Below, one piece after another: positions 47,473 through 57,122 of a stretch of DNA of 64,000 nucleotides. A program made the translations under genes and the position numbers. Every line of letters begins with the position of its first letter. The first letter of the stretch is position 1. The notes beneath the pieces were generated by a model that saw nothing but the letters and a program-made list of their open reading frames with translations, was not told the origin of the DNA and searched no databases. The stretch comes from Amphiscolops sp. MND2022 (lineage: Eukaryota), in NCBI GenBank assembly GCA_964187785.1, contig OZ076409.1, positions 47,618,001 to 47,682,000 on the forward strand. Reading direction: 5' to 3'.

Positions 47473-50066
47473 CTCCCCCCTCCGCGATTGGATAATAGTT
47501 GACCAATGGGGGAGGTTTGTTCTTTATGGCGGTTTTCCGTCCAAAGCAATTTTGGTGTATTCGCGGTGGCCCGCGATTCGTCAGTTGTCCGGTTGAATTG
47601 TTCTGCCTGGACTGGCTCTTCCATTGTGTCGTTTAGTATTCGACGCTGCTGGTCTTTTCCCGAGTGTCTTCCTCGGTTTCTGGTGTCTTCTGGGCGTTTA
47701 GTCTGTTTACGGTGTTTCCTGTAATCAGATGTTATGGGATTATTAAATCTAATAATGGGGTTTGTTTTTGTTAATCTTTTCGATCTCCGTAAGTTGTGTT
47801 CTTTTGTTTCTTGTTCTATTTCGGTGCTAGAACTTAGGTTACTGATTAATTCTAGGTCGGAGGTTTCTGTTTCTAGGTTGTTTTTTTCCTTATTCTCTTT
47901 CCCTCCGTAAACGGTATTGTTGTTATTAAGAGTTACCTTACCGTTTAAGTCTTTGATAAAAAGTTCTGTGTCATTTTGTTTGGCATCTTCAATGATACGG
48001 TCAATGTCCGTATCCGTCATGTTTTCCGTAATGATGGTTAGAGGGCCGAGGCTGTCCGTTGAGCCGGTAAGTGAACCAGGGCTTTGTCTGTTGCGGACCA
48101 GTTTTGGGCGTCCTCTTCCAAATGATCCGCTTGTTTTTGTGGTTGGCGTAGTTGGGTTGCTTCGGGATTGTGTGCCCTCTGTTATTTGAGTAGTATCCAT
48201 TTGTGGTGTTGTTGGATTGCTCTTCTCCGAGTCGCTGTCTGATTTGGCTTCTCGTGTCAGTCTGGGGGATTTTATGAACCGGCCGTCCGGTCCTCTCAGT
48301 CCCATGCCTCTGTTGTTCTGTTCCTGTTCAAATTCAAAGATTGGTTTACTAATGTGTTTTCTATGTAGGATTCTATTTTCCGCGGTTGTGACCGTGTGTT
48401 TAGTTCCCGATATGGCGGTTTGTAGTTTATTTGAGTAAGCGCTCTCAAATTTCGGTTTATTTATTCTTTTCTCGAGAAATTGAAATGGGTAGGTACTCAC
48501 TCCTTTTTGTCCTTTCTTTTGTTTCATCGGTAGCTGGTCAGAGGCACCGCCAGCTCCGTTGAAGGAATATACCTGTAGGGTATCTGGTTTTGCTGAAAAA
48601 CAATTGTTTGTTATAGTTTTCAGTTTATCTAAGTTTAAAAGGTTACTGATTTCCGTATTCGGTTCTCGTCCGTAGTGTAATTCAAAAGCAGATTTCCCCA
48701 ATCTCGTGTGGGGTGTTTTTCTCATCACGTTTAAGGCTATGTCTAATGCTTTGTTAAATTTTTCGCCCGCTTTTATGTTCGTCAGCATTGTCTCTTTCAA
48801 AGTCCTTACGCCGCGTTCGACCAGCCCTGTGGGGGTGTGTATATATGGTGTCCCATATATGAGTCTAATGTGGTGATTTTTACAAAACTCTCTAAAAGTG
48901 TGGCCCGTAAATGCCGTGGCTTTATCCGTTCTAATAGTTTTCGGAATGCCGTTCAGGTTTATATATTGTTCCATAAATTTAACCGTGGTTTCGCCGTCGG
49001 TCGATTTACAAAGGCTTGCCGCCGGCCATTTGCTAAACCGGTCCATTGAGAGTAAAATAAAAAACCTTTGGTTTCTTTCGGTGAACGGTCCGATAAAATC
49101 CAGTTGTATTTCTTCGTTCGGATTGTTTAAAGCCGGTAATTGGTTTTTTTCCGTATTATGTAAGTTAGGTTTGATATTCTTACCGGACATTTTGCACGGG
49201 ATGCAGCCGTCGCATTTCTTTTGTATGGCCTCGGTGATTTTTGGCCACCAGAAGTGTCGTGCCGCCATTGACATCTTGTTGATGGCGGGATGGCCTTTAT
49301 GGAGGAGGCTGATCACCGTTGTTCTGAGATTTTTCGGGACAATTATGCGGTCTTCATAGAACACGAGTCCGTACCTGGTAGATAATTTTCTTCGGCATTG
49401 CTGGTATTCTTCTGGTATGTTGTCTTGTTGCTGTCTCTCAAGGCACACGAGTGTTTTTAGGAGAGTCGGGTCATTAGTTGTCTCTGTCATCAGCAACTGG
49501 AGATCTGTGGAGAAATTCTTCTCCGATTCACGTACCGCGTTTCCGAGGTCCCAGTTGTTCGGCTCTTCCGCGGTGGTTCTGGGGGCATGTCCCATTTTTA
49601 TATATTGGACGCTTTTAACGCCTGCGTATTTTGCCCAATTAACTGCGGGGACTTCGAGTATGGACGGGTCTTGATCGGATTCCGAGTCAATTTCCCCTTC
49701 TTCCATCGGTACTGGTTGTTGCTGCGAGGGCCCGGGTCTGTCTTCTGTGTTGGCCGTAGCTTGCGGTCTGTCAATGTCCCAGAACGGGTCAACCGTCCAT
49801 TGTTCCTGTCTTCTGGTTTCCGGTTGAAATCCCCCGTCTGGTTCTTGTTGATTTCGGCTTTCTAGGTTTCTGATGGCTTGTTGAAGTTGTTCTTCAATGA
49901 CTCGTCTCTCGTTTCTCAGGAATTTGGGTTCGTGGTACTTTTTCCAGCGGCCACCTGACTGTCTATAAACCCCGGGCTTTACAATATCTCTCCATCTAGC
50001 AATGAGATATCTAGTTTCTGTCGAGTTATCAGCTTGTTCAAGATTATCGATGGTTCTGGCGTCCAT
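47430..50066 (-). CDS. Integrase with long N- and C-terminal extensions
   Basis: 878 aa; HKGHP...CIPC zinc site, QLDFIGP, IRTDKA, GLVER (DDE); stop lies inside the 3' LTR. Confidence 0.95.
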   Translation of the reverse strand: MDARTIDNLEQADNSTETRYLIARWRDIVKPGVYRQSGGRWKKYHEPKFLRNERRVIEEQLQQAIRNLESRNQQEPDGGFQPETRRQEQWTVDPFWDIDRPQATANTEDRPGPSQQQPVPMEEGEIDSESDQDPSILEVPAVNWAKYAGVKSVQYIKMGHAPRTTAEEPNNWDLGNAVRESEKNFSTDLQLLMTETTNDPTLLKTLVCLERQQQDNIPEEYQQCRRKLSTRYGLVFYEDRIIVPKNLRTTVISLLHKGHPAINKMSMAARHFWWPKITEAIQKKCDGCIPCKMSGKNIKPNLHNTEKNQLPALNNPNEEIQLDFIGPFTERNQRFFILLSMDRFSKWPAASLCKSTDGETTVKFMEQYINLNGIPKTIRTDKATAFTGHTFREFCKNHHIRLIYGTPYIHTPTGLVERGVRTLKETMLTNIKAGEKFNKALDIALNVMRKTPHTRLGKSAFELHYGREPNTEISNLLNLDKLKTITNNCFSAKPDTLQVYSFNGAGGASDQLPMKQKKGQKGVSTYPFQFLEKRINKPKFESAYSNKLQTAISGTKHTVTTAENRILHRKHISKPIFEFEQEQNNRGMGLRGPDGRFIKSPRLTREAKSDSDSEKSNPTTPQMDTTQITEGTQSRSNPTTPTTKTSGSFGRGRPKLVRNRQSPGSLTGSTDSLGPLTIITENMTDTDIDRIIEDAKQNDTELFIKDLNGKVTLNNNNTVYGGKENKEKNNLETETSDLELISNLSSSTEIEQETKEHNLRRSKRLTKTNPIIRFNNPITSDYRKHRKQTKRPEDTRNRGRHSGKDQQRRILNDTMEEPVQAEQFNRTTDESRATANTPKLLWTENRHKEQTSPIGQLLSNRGGGSEAAAKELELEDKS

Positions 50067-50142
50067 GATAATTTTATCTTTCGGTGCGGTTTGAATTGAG
50101 CTGCTGATTTGTGAACTTTTAAGGCAATTAATGGCGATTTGT

Positions 50143-52266
50143 TCACGCGTTTTGGAATGTTTTGGTGTGTTGTTTGCTTTGCGCGTAGTCTTTTTGCGTT
50201 CCGTGTTTTGATTGGTTAAAATGGTTGCTAAGGCAACCGTATTTGGTTACGAATTTGTAGTGCGGGATGACGTTATTGATTACGTATTCTTCGTCGTATA
50301 CGTCATCGGTTTGTGGAGGTGCCGACGGGCTACGACTGAGATAATCCGTGAGTGCTAAATGTTTGCCGGCTATATGGCTGACGTTGATTGTGAAGTGCGC
50401 TAAGCGGTCGAGCCACCTCGTTAGCCGCGCGCTGTACGTTTTATTGGATCGGTTGCGTTTAATTAATGGCTCTAATGCTTGGTGGTCTGTCAATAGCTTT
50501 ATCGGTTTACCGTATATATAAAGACGGAAGTGTTCTAATCCCCATACGACTGCCAATAATTCCAATTCATTGATTGCGTATTTCTTTTCTGTATCGGAAA
50601 GGAAGCGACTGGCAAATCCGATCGGTTTTAAATCTCCGTTTGGCTGTTCTTGCCACAGCGTTGCGCCCAATCCTTTTGTGCTGGCGTCCGTTGTTAATAT
50701 ATTCGGACGGTTTGAATTGTAGTGAGCCAGACACGGTATTTCCGTGATTTTTTGTTTTAAGTTTTCAAACGCTGTGGTATGTTCATCGGTCCAATTCCAA
50801 GTGTTATCTTTTTTTAGTAGCTGTCTTAAGATGTCGGTTTGTGCTGACAGATTTTCGATGTATTTTGATAAATATTGAATTGCGCCTAGGAACGATTTTA
50901 GTTCCTTCTCATTTTCGGGTCTTTTCAGTTCTTTTATTGCGGTTAGTTTGTCCTGTAACGGTCTAATACCGTTTTGGTCAATTTTGTGGCCGATCCATTC
51001 TATTTCGGTTTTGAAAAGTTCAGATTTGTTCTCGCTTAGTCTGTAACCCGCGTTTTCTAGTCTCGTTAACACATCGATTAGTTCCTCCATGTGTTTCTGT
51101 TTTGAACCTTTGGTTACTACTATAATGTCATCTAGCCATGCTGGATGTTTGTTTTCCAACGTTTGATCGATTTTCTCTTGGAAAATGGTCGGTATGTCCG
51201 CTAACCCGTAAAATCCTTTCAAAAAACGATAGTAACCGGTAAAATTACCTCCGGTCACCGCGAATATGCAAAGGTCCATTGCTCGTTTCGATAATCGTAG
51301 TTGACCGTACGCATAATCTAGATCGAACTTCGAGATCCAGATTTCGTCTTCCGGTCCGTCGGCTATTTTTCTGGAGATTCTTGAAATTAGTTCCTCCATG
51401 TTTGGCATTTGTGCTTTCCTTTTTACCGTTATCTCGTTTAGTTTCCGGGAGTCCAGGGCTATTTTTACCGATTTATCTTTTTTGATCGTTATTACCGCCG
51501 GGCTTACAAAGCATGTTTCGTCAATGTCGTTTGCTTTTTCAATGTGCCCTTGGTTTTTTAATTTTTCTATTTCTTTTTCTACCGCCGGTTGTAAATGAAT
51601 CGGGATTGGTCGGCCCTTTTGTTGAATTATTTTCGCTCCTTCTTTTAATTGGATATCTACTTCTATGTTATTTACCGTGTGGTTTTCGTTAAATAGTTTG
51701 TGAAACTTACGTTTTAGTGTTGTTATGTCTCGGTCTTCTGTATTTCCCATCTGGGTTATGTGGTTGATTTCTGTTTTGGGAGTTTCTACCTCTAGTGTAA
51801 TTCCCAGTTTTCCCATCCAGTCTAGTCCGAGTAACGGGTGGGTGTTTTTAGTTGTTACCAGTATTTCCAGTTGGTGTTTTGTACCATTCAATTCGACATT
51901 TGCGGTGATTTTTCCTTCAAATTTTATTTTGTTGTCGTTAACGTCCCGATAATCTACAGTTATCGGTTTGAGTGTTGTCACCTTGTTGAATTTGGATTTT
52001 GGAATAAGAGTTACTGGTGAACCTGTGTCAATTATGAATTTGATTGGTCGGTTGTTAACCAATACCGTCTTCATGTAGAACGGCGGTCCGTTCTTGTTAT
52101 TTGTTGCCAGTGAATGGATTTTTGGTTGTATCATATGTATTCTGTCTGGTGTCCAGTCATCTTCGTCCGCACTGTAAGTTTCTTCTTCTTCTTCTGCTAT
52201 ATGGTTGATTTTTTTTCGATGAGCGGCAGCATTTGGCGAAGTGTCCGGGTTTACCGCATTTGGCAC
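50143..52266 (-). CDS. pol: Pol: protease, reverse transcriptase, RNase H
   Basis: 707-aa frame; IIDTGS, FDLDYAYGQ, WLDDI, TDAS, ELELLA, TDHQAL, DYLSR. Confidence 0.96.
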   Translation of the reverse strand: MPNAVNPDTSPNAAAHRKKINHIAEEEEETYSADEDDWTPDRIHMIQPKIHSLATNNKNGPPFYMKTVLVNNRPIKFIIDTGSPVTLIPKSKFNKVTTLKPITVDYRDVNDNKIKFEGKITANVELNGTKHQLEILVTTKNTHPLLGLDWMGKLGITLEVETPKTEINHITQMGNTEDRDITTLKRKFHKLFNENHTVNNIEVDIQLKEGAKIIQQKGRPIPIHLQPAVEKEIEKLKNQGHIEKANDIDETCFVSPAVITIKKDKSVKIALDSRKLNEITVKRKAQMPNMEELISRISRKIADGPEDEIWISKFDLDYAYGQLRLSKRAMDLCIFAVTGGNFTGYYRFLKGFYGLADIPTIFQEKIDQTLENKHPAWLDDIIVVTKGSKQKHMEELIDVLTRLENAGYRLSENKSELFKTEIEWIGHKIDQNGIRPLQDKLTAIKELKRPENEKELKSFLGAIQYLSKYIENLSAQTDILRQLLKKDNTWNWTDEHTTAFENLKQKITEIPCLAHYNSNRPNILTTDASTKGLGATLWQEQPNGDLKPIGFASRFLSDTEKKYAINELELLAVVWGLEHFRLYIYGKPIKLLTDHQALEPLIKRNRSNKTYSARLTRWLDRLAHFTINVSHIAGKHLALTDYLSRSPSAPPQTDDVYDEEYVINNVIPHYKFVTKYGCLSNHFNQSKHGTQKDYAQSKQHTKTFQNA

Positions 52267-53134
52267 ATTTCTTTCCTTTCGCCGGGCATTCGTGTTGTTT
52301 GGACCAATTGGGAGCTCCGCATCTGTTGCAGTCCATTCTTCTAAATTTTGTATTTTTTTCCGTATGTTCTTTTGTGGATTTGAATTTTCTCTTTTCTACA
52401 TGTCTGATTTTCTTTTCTTCGTCAGTTTCTGGAGAGTCGTTCAGTTTTTCATACATGTACTCATGTATTTCGTCTGTTATTGTCTCAACTGACATGTCGC
52501 CTTTGCGTATTTTCTTTTTCAATTCGTAATCTCCGGTTGACTTCCCTATGAGTGATAAGAATTTGGATGCTAGTAATTCTGCAGCCGTGATATTTTCGAA
52601 TTCACAGTTCTTTTCGATTTCCAGGAGTCTTTTCCATACATCTGCTGCCGTTTCTCCGTTTTCTCTCTTCATATCGAAGAAGTCTGATCGGCTGTGTTGT
52701 ACGTTCCGTTCCGGTGTATAATGTAACCGGAATAGTGTGTATAGTTTATATAGTGGGAGGGAGCTCGGTTCTCTTTCTCTTACCGTCTTGGTCATTTCGG
52801 TAAGGGCATTTTGTCCAATTGCCCAGAGGAAGATATCTTTTATCTCGTTTTCCAATTGTTCCCGATATTGTGGTAAGATCTCTTTGGAATTTACCATCGT
52901 TGAAATGTCGATTTCTTTCGTCATTTTCACGTATTGGACGAATTTTCGCCACCACAGATTTGCACTGGTGCTATCGTATTTTTCCAGACTTGGTATCGAT
53001 AGCTTTTGGGTACAAGTCCGCTCGCCCGTTCTCATTGAGGTTTCATTGGGCGGTTGCCGGATACTTGAAGATTGGTCCATTGACCGGTGGGGTCGTTCAC
53101 CATTCGTGGGTGATGTGTTGTGTGATTCGTCCAT
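52157..53134 (-). CDS. gag: Gag with tandem Zn knuckles
   Basis: 325 aa; CNRCGAPNWSKQHECPAKGKKCAKCGKPGHFAKCC. Confidence 0.93.
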   Translation of the reverse strand: MDESHNTSPTNGERPHRSMDQSSSIRQPPNETSMRTGERTCTQKLSIPSLEKYDSTSANLWWRKFVQYVKMTKEIDISTMVNSKEILPQYREQLENEIKDIFLWAIGQNALTEMTKTVREREPSSLPLYKLYTLFRLHYTPERNVQHSRSDFFDMKRENGETAADVWKRLLEIEKNCEFENITAAELLASKFLSLIGKSTGDYELKKKIRKGDMSVETITDEIHEYMYEKLNDSPETDEEKKIRHVEKRKFKSTKEHTEKNTKFRRMDCNRCGAPNWSKQHECPAKGKKCAKCGKPGHFAKCCRSSKKNQPYSRRRRRNLQCGRR

Positions 53135-53189
53135 TTCCGTATCGTGTGTAGTAGTTCTTGGCTAAGCGTAAGTTAGCCTGACTGCGCCA

Positions 53190-53399
53190 TGTTGTAATCT
53201 CTTTGCTTAACAAAAGTTAACAACATAAAACTGTATTCGAACATCAATCTTTTCGTACTGAATAAAGATCAGCTTTTTAGGTATAGACAATAGTAGCAGG
53301 TACTAAGGACATCTAGACAATTAAGTATAATGGTATTGAACAATAGTAATGTCTGTCTATGATTTGTCCTCTAACTCTAGTTCTTTAGCTGCTGCTTCA
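53190..53399 (-). repeat. 5' LTR (210 bp)
   Basis: TG...CA, followed by the PBS. Confidence 0.97.
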
Positions 53400-53661
53400 G
53401 AGCTGTAGTTATTGTTGAATATTATTTCCTTTTAATTTAATATTCCATGAATTGACGCATCAAAACATTTATAAATACTGATGAAAACTTTTCATGATTA
53501 TTGATTGACTTTTAGCGCGAAATACTTTGACTCATTGTTTTCTTGAAATCTTTGATATTAGTCACTTTGATCAAAAAGAGATTAATTCCGTCCAAGAATT
53601 TTTGCTATCAAGCTATAGCGCGAACGAAGAGCAACTGCCAGTGCAGCAGAATTCTACATTT

Positions 53662-56010
53662 TGGTGACCCTCTCGACGTGATATTGGTTAGATCGTTCCT
53701 AATTCTTTCATATGGTACGCCAAAGTATTTACCTGAAGAACAGCTCGGAATATTTGATTCTGTCAGATTCATTTCTGAAAAAATTCAAAACAATTTCTTT
53801 CGACGTTTTGTCTGTACCTGGAGCTCGCCCTCATAATCTTTGGGTTTTTTTACCACCCCATAATAGGTTTGAGATTATTCGAGGGGGGTAACGCATTAGA
53901 GAATTTTCAATCGATAACGGCACTTTTAGACCAGCTCAAGAACCAATTGAAGTTGCGACCGAAATACTTGAACTAGCTCGAGCACTTCGTTTGCGTACTT
54001 TAACAGTTTTCTTTAACGGCCTCGAGGTACTGAAGAATTACAACATAAAGTGTTGCAATTAAACGCTGAGCTTAAGTTTTTTGCAACTCACAGAGGCAAC
54101 GAATAGTTTTTGTTGGCATCTCGCATTACCTTTACGACTTGAAGCATATATCCAAAGATCTGTCACTTTGAAGAAGGAGCTTTCGCAAAAGTTTACAAAT
54201 AACAAAAAGATTTTGAGAAAGAACAGTTCATACTTTTTGGAAGGAATGAACTACATATCTTTTCTAACCAGATATTCCCTTATTTCCCTTTCACTAATTG
54301 AAGTGTGCTGCCTGCAAGGGGCTGTGCTCAACCGGAAAAACGATAATTGCTTCTCATCATTTGAAATACATAGAACAGGACTACAATGTCCAACGAAACA
54401 CGAAGACTCCTAGCCTCTCGAAAGGCTCATATGGGCGTTGTCACTCGAAAGGACAACGAGTTCGACAATATTAAAACGAAACCCACTGAAGAAATTACAG
54501 CGGATGATATATTACTAGCAAAACCGGTGTTAGAATCACTGACTGAAAAAAAGCTAAAATTGGAGAAAGGTATCTCAAAATTCTCGATGCTACTGAAACG
54601 TCTGACGAGGCCTTAGAAGCGGAAAATTTCGAAAAAGATGAAATTGAAACAGGTAAAATCGTTGATGAAAAGCATTCAAAAGTGGATTACAGAACATACA
54701 TCTGATGTCGACGAAACATCGTCGCTTGGCTCAAACCACCGTGACAATGTTCGTCTTCCTCGAATTCAACTTCCCTCTTTTCATGGTCAGTATAAAGATT
54801 GAAAAACATTCTTTGATATGTTTAAAGAAACTGTGCACGAACAGCAATCTTTACCCAAAGTAAAAAAGCTTTACTATATCAAAGATGCTTTGGAGTAAAA
54901 GCTAAACGTGTTCCCATTTGCCTACAACTGAAGCAAATCATCATGCAGCTATTCAACTCTTGAAAGGTCGATACGATAATGAGTTTTTGATCACAAAAGC
55001 GCATTTAAATAACACTTTCATAATTGATTCCATGAAGAAAGACAACCTGATGAAACTCATTGGTATTTTTAATGAAGATGAGATAGCTTTTAGTGCCTTG
55101 GGATTTCACACAAAAAAGTATGACTTCGTTTGGGTGCATATACTTTCCGAAAAACAGGGTTCTGAAACTGCTCGTGGTTGGCAGTTGAGTAATGCTGATG
55201 TAAAATTGCACTCAATGGAGCAATTGGGAAAGTTTCTGGAATATCGTGCTCGTGCATTAGAAGCATCTTGCCGATCTTTAGAAACCACTCAAGGGCTGAA
55301 AGGGCTGCGATAAAAGGGCTGAAAGAGAAACCTGTCAAAGGTATCAGTCCAATTCAAAATCTTGTCCTGTGTGTAAGAATGCACATCGGATATGCACCTA
55401 TCCAGCTTTCTTGTCTTTATCGCTCAATGAAAGACATCAAAGGATTAAAGAACTTCGACTTTGCTTTAACTGTCTGAAGGAAGGTCTTAGTATTAAGAGT
55501 TGTACCTCGAAAAAGTCTTGCCAAACCTGTAACAAAAAACACAACACATTGTTACATCGGATTAATACTGTCTCCGTTCACTTTACTGAAAATACCCATA
55601 CCACAACAAATGACGACCGTCAATTTACAGGACATCAGCAACAGTCAAGTTACACGACAGTTCTTCTTACTGCTATTGTTTCTGTAATTGATTCGCGAAA
55701 TAAACTTGTACAATGCCGGGCTTTATTGGATAGTGGCTCGCAACTTAGCTTTATCACTGAAAAATTGGCTGATACATTGAATCTAAACAAAGATGATGTA
55801 AACATGAACCTGAGTGTTATCGACGGCAAGGCAAAAGAGCTGGTCGTGTCAAACTTGTTTTGAAATCTGGGTCGAAACAAGTCATCGTTTCAGCGTGCAT
55901 TTTGAAACAACTAACAAATAGCATACCGAGTAAACTTCTGAAAGTTCCTACCACACCTACCAATATCTCTTTGGTTGATCCCAATTTCGATGTCTCCAGG
56001 CCAGTCGACA
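53662..56010 (+). mobile_element. Truncated BEL/Pao LTR retrotransposon (PBS, gag, protease)
   Basis: tRNA-Trp-type PBS TGGTGACCC(TCT)CGACGTGAT at 53662-53682; RLPRIQLPSFHG; triple Cys/His knuckles (LCFNCL...CQTCNKKHNTLLH); RALLDSGSQLSFIT. Confidence 0.92.
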
Positions 56011-56016
56011 TGATAT

Positions 56017-56150
56017 GGGAGACAGGAATTCGGACTAATGAAATAGGACTAATGTTCAAAACTGAAATAGGACTAATGGAAATAGGACTAATTCTTTTTT
56101 AGTGCCGCCTTAGAACTAATGGAAATAGGACTAATTGAAATAGGACTAAA
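56017..56150. mobile_element. MITE left end with GAAATAGGACTAAT repeats, truncating the BEL element
   Basis: About seven GGACTAAT units. Confidence 0.6.
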
Positions 56151-56427
56151 CAATTTTTGGCACGCAAAATTTGCAATTACGTTGATCAAATTGACAAAAT
56201 TACGACATGTTCAAATGTAAACATCGAACATAGTAGTACAACAAAAAAAACGCAGAAGCGGATAAAAACATGGTACAAATTTCAAATTGGAAACGTGGAA
56301 CATGAAAGTAGTACAAAAGTAACGTATTACAATTGATCAAAATAAAGATTATACAATCATTATTTTTCCTCCCATTGAGTTTATAAAAAAGTCAGATCTC
56401 AAATCAATTAAAGCATAAAAATTTATA

Positions 56428-57117
56428 GGGGCGGGAATAACGTCTAAAGGAATAACGTCTAAATTTTACTCATTTTTCGGGAATAACGTCTAAAGATTTG
56501 GACGTTATTCCTGTTTTTTAGATGTTATTCCCGATTTTGAAATATTGTTCCTCGTGCTGAAAAATTCCTTCCCTTGCTCTAGTTTTCAGGAATGAACTAT
56601 GAAAGAATCGAAGGCCACGGAATACGAGCAAAAGTCTATGTGTCTGATGGGTATTTGTTCCTAAATCGAAAAAAAACGTCCAAAATATCAAAAAACTATG
56701 CAAATACGTCCGAAAAAAGGAATAACGTAAAAATTTCAGAAAAACGCCCAAAATATCCGAAAGTCATCGAAATACGACTGAGAAGCGGGAAAAACAAATT
56801 AAATTGGAAAAAAGTAAATCGTTTAAAATCTAAAATTAAAAAGTGATATAAAATATAAGACGTGCCTCGGATATGTTCCCATTCCTTCTAGTGCCCCGCG
56901 GTCCCTTGGGGCCGCGGGGCACTAGAGGAAATGAGGACATATCCAGGCACGTTTTATACTTTATATCACTTTTTAGTTTTAGATCCTAATTGACTTATTT
57001 TTTTCTCAAATTAGATCAAATTAAAAGAGATTTTTAGACCTGATTATTTAGATCAATTTATTTGGATATCAGTTTTGCCCCCTCTCTTAGATCTATTTCA
57101 TAAGACCTGATTCCACG
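56428..57117. mobile_element. Fold-back/chimeric MITE with a central GC-rich palindrome
   Basis: GGAATAACGTCTAAA repeats on the left, TTAGATC repeats on the right, ~155-bp palindrome 56829-56983. Confidence 0.65.
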
Positions 57118-57122
57118 TAGCC

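Larger units (their letters stand above)
47263..53399 (-). mobile_element. Young full-length Ty3/Gypsy (Mag-like) LTR retrotransposon
   Basis: 210-bp LTRs with no difference seen by eye; perfect 5-bp TSD GAGCT (47258-47262, 53400-53404); PBS TGGCGCAGTC from 53189 (tRNA-Ser-like); PPT GGAGGGGGGAG (47473-47483). Confidence 0.98.

Noticed and set aside
47506..53165. Plus-strand ORFs over the young Gypsy element (and 5128-5685 minus over the first one)
   Set aside because: Antisense shadows of long coding frames with no independent motifs.
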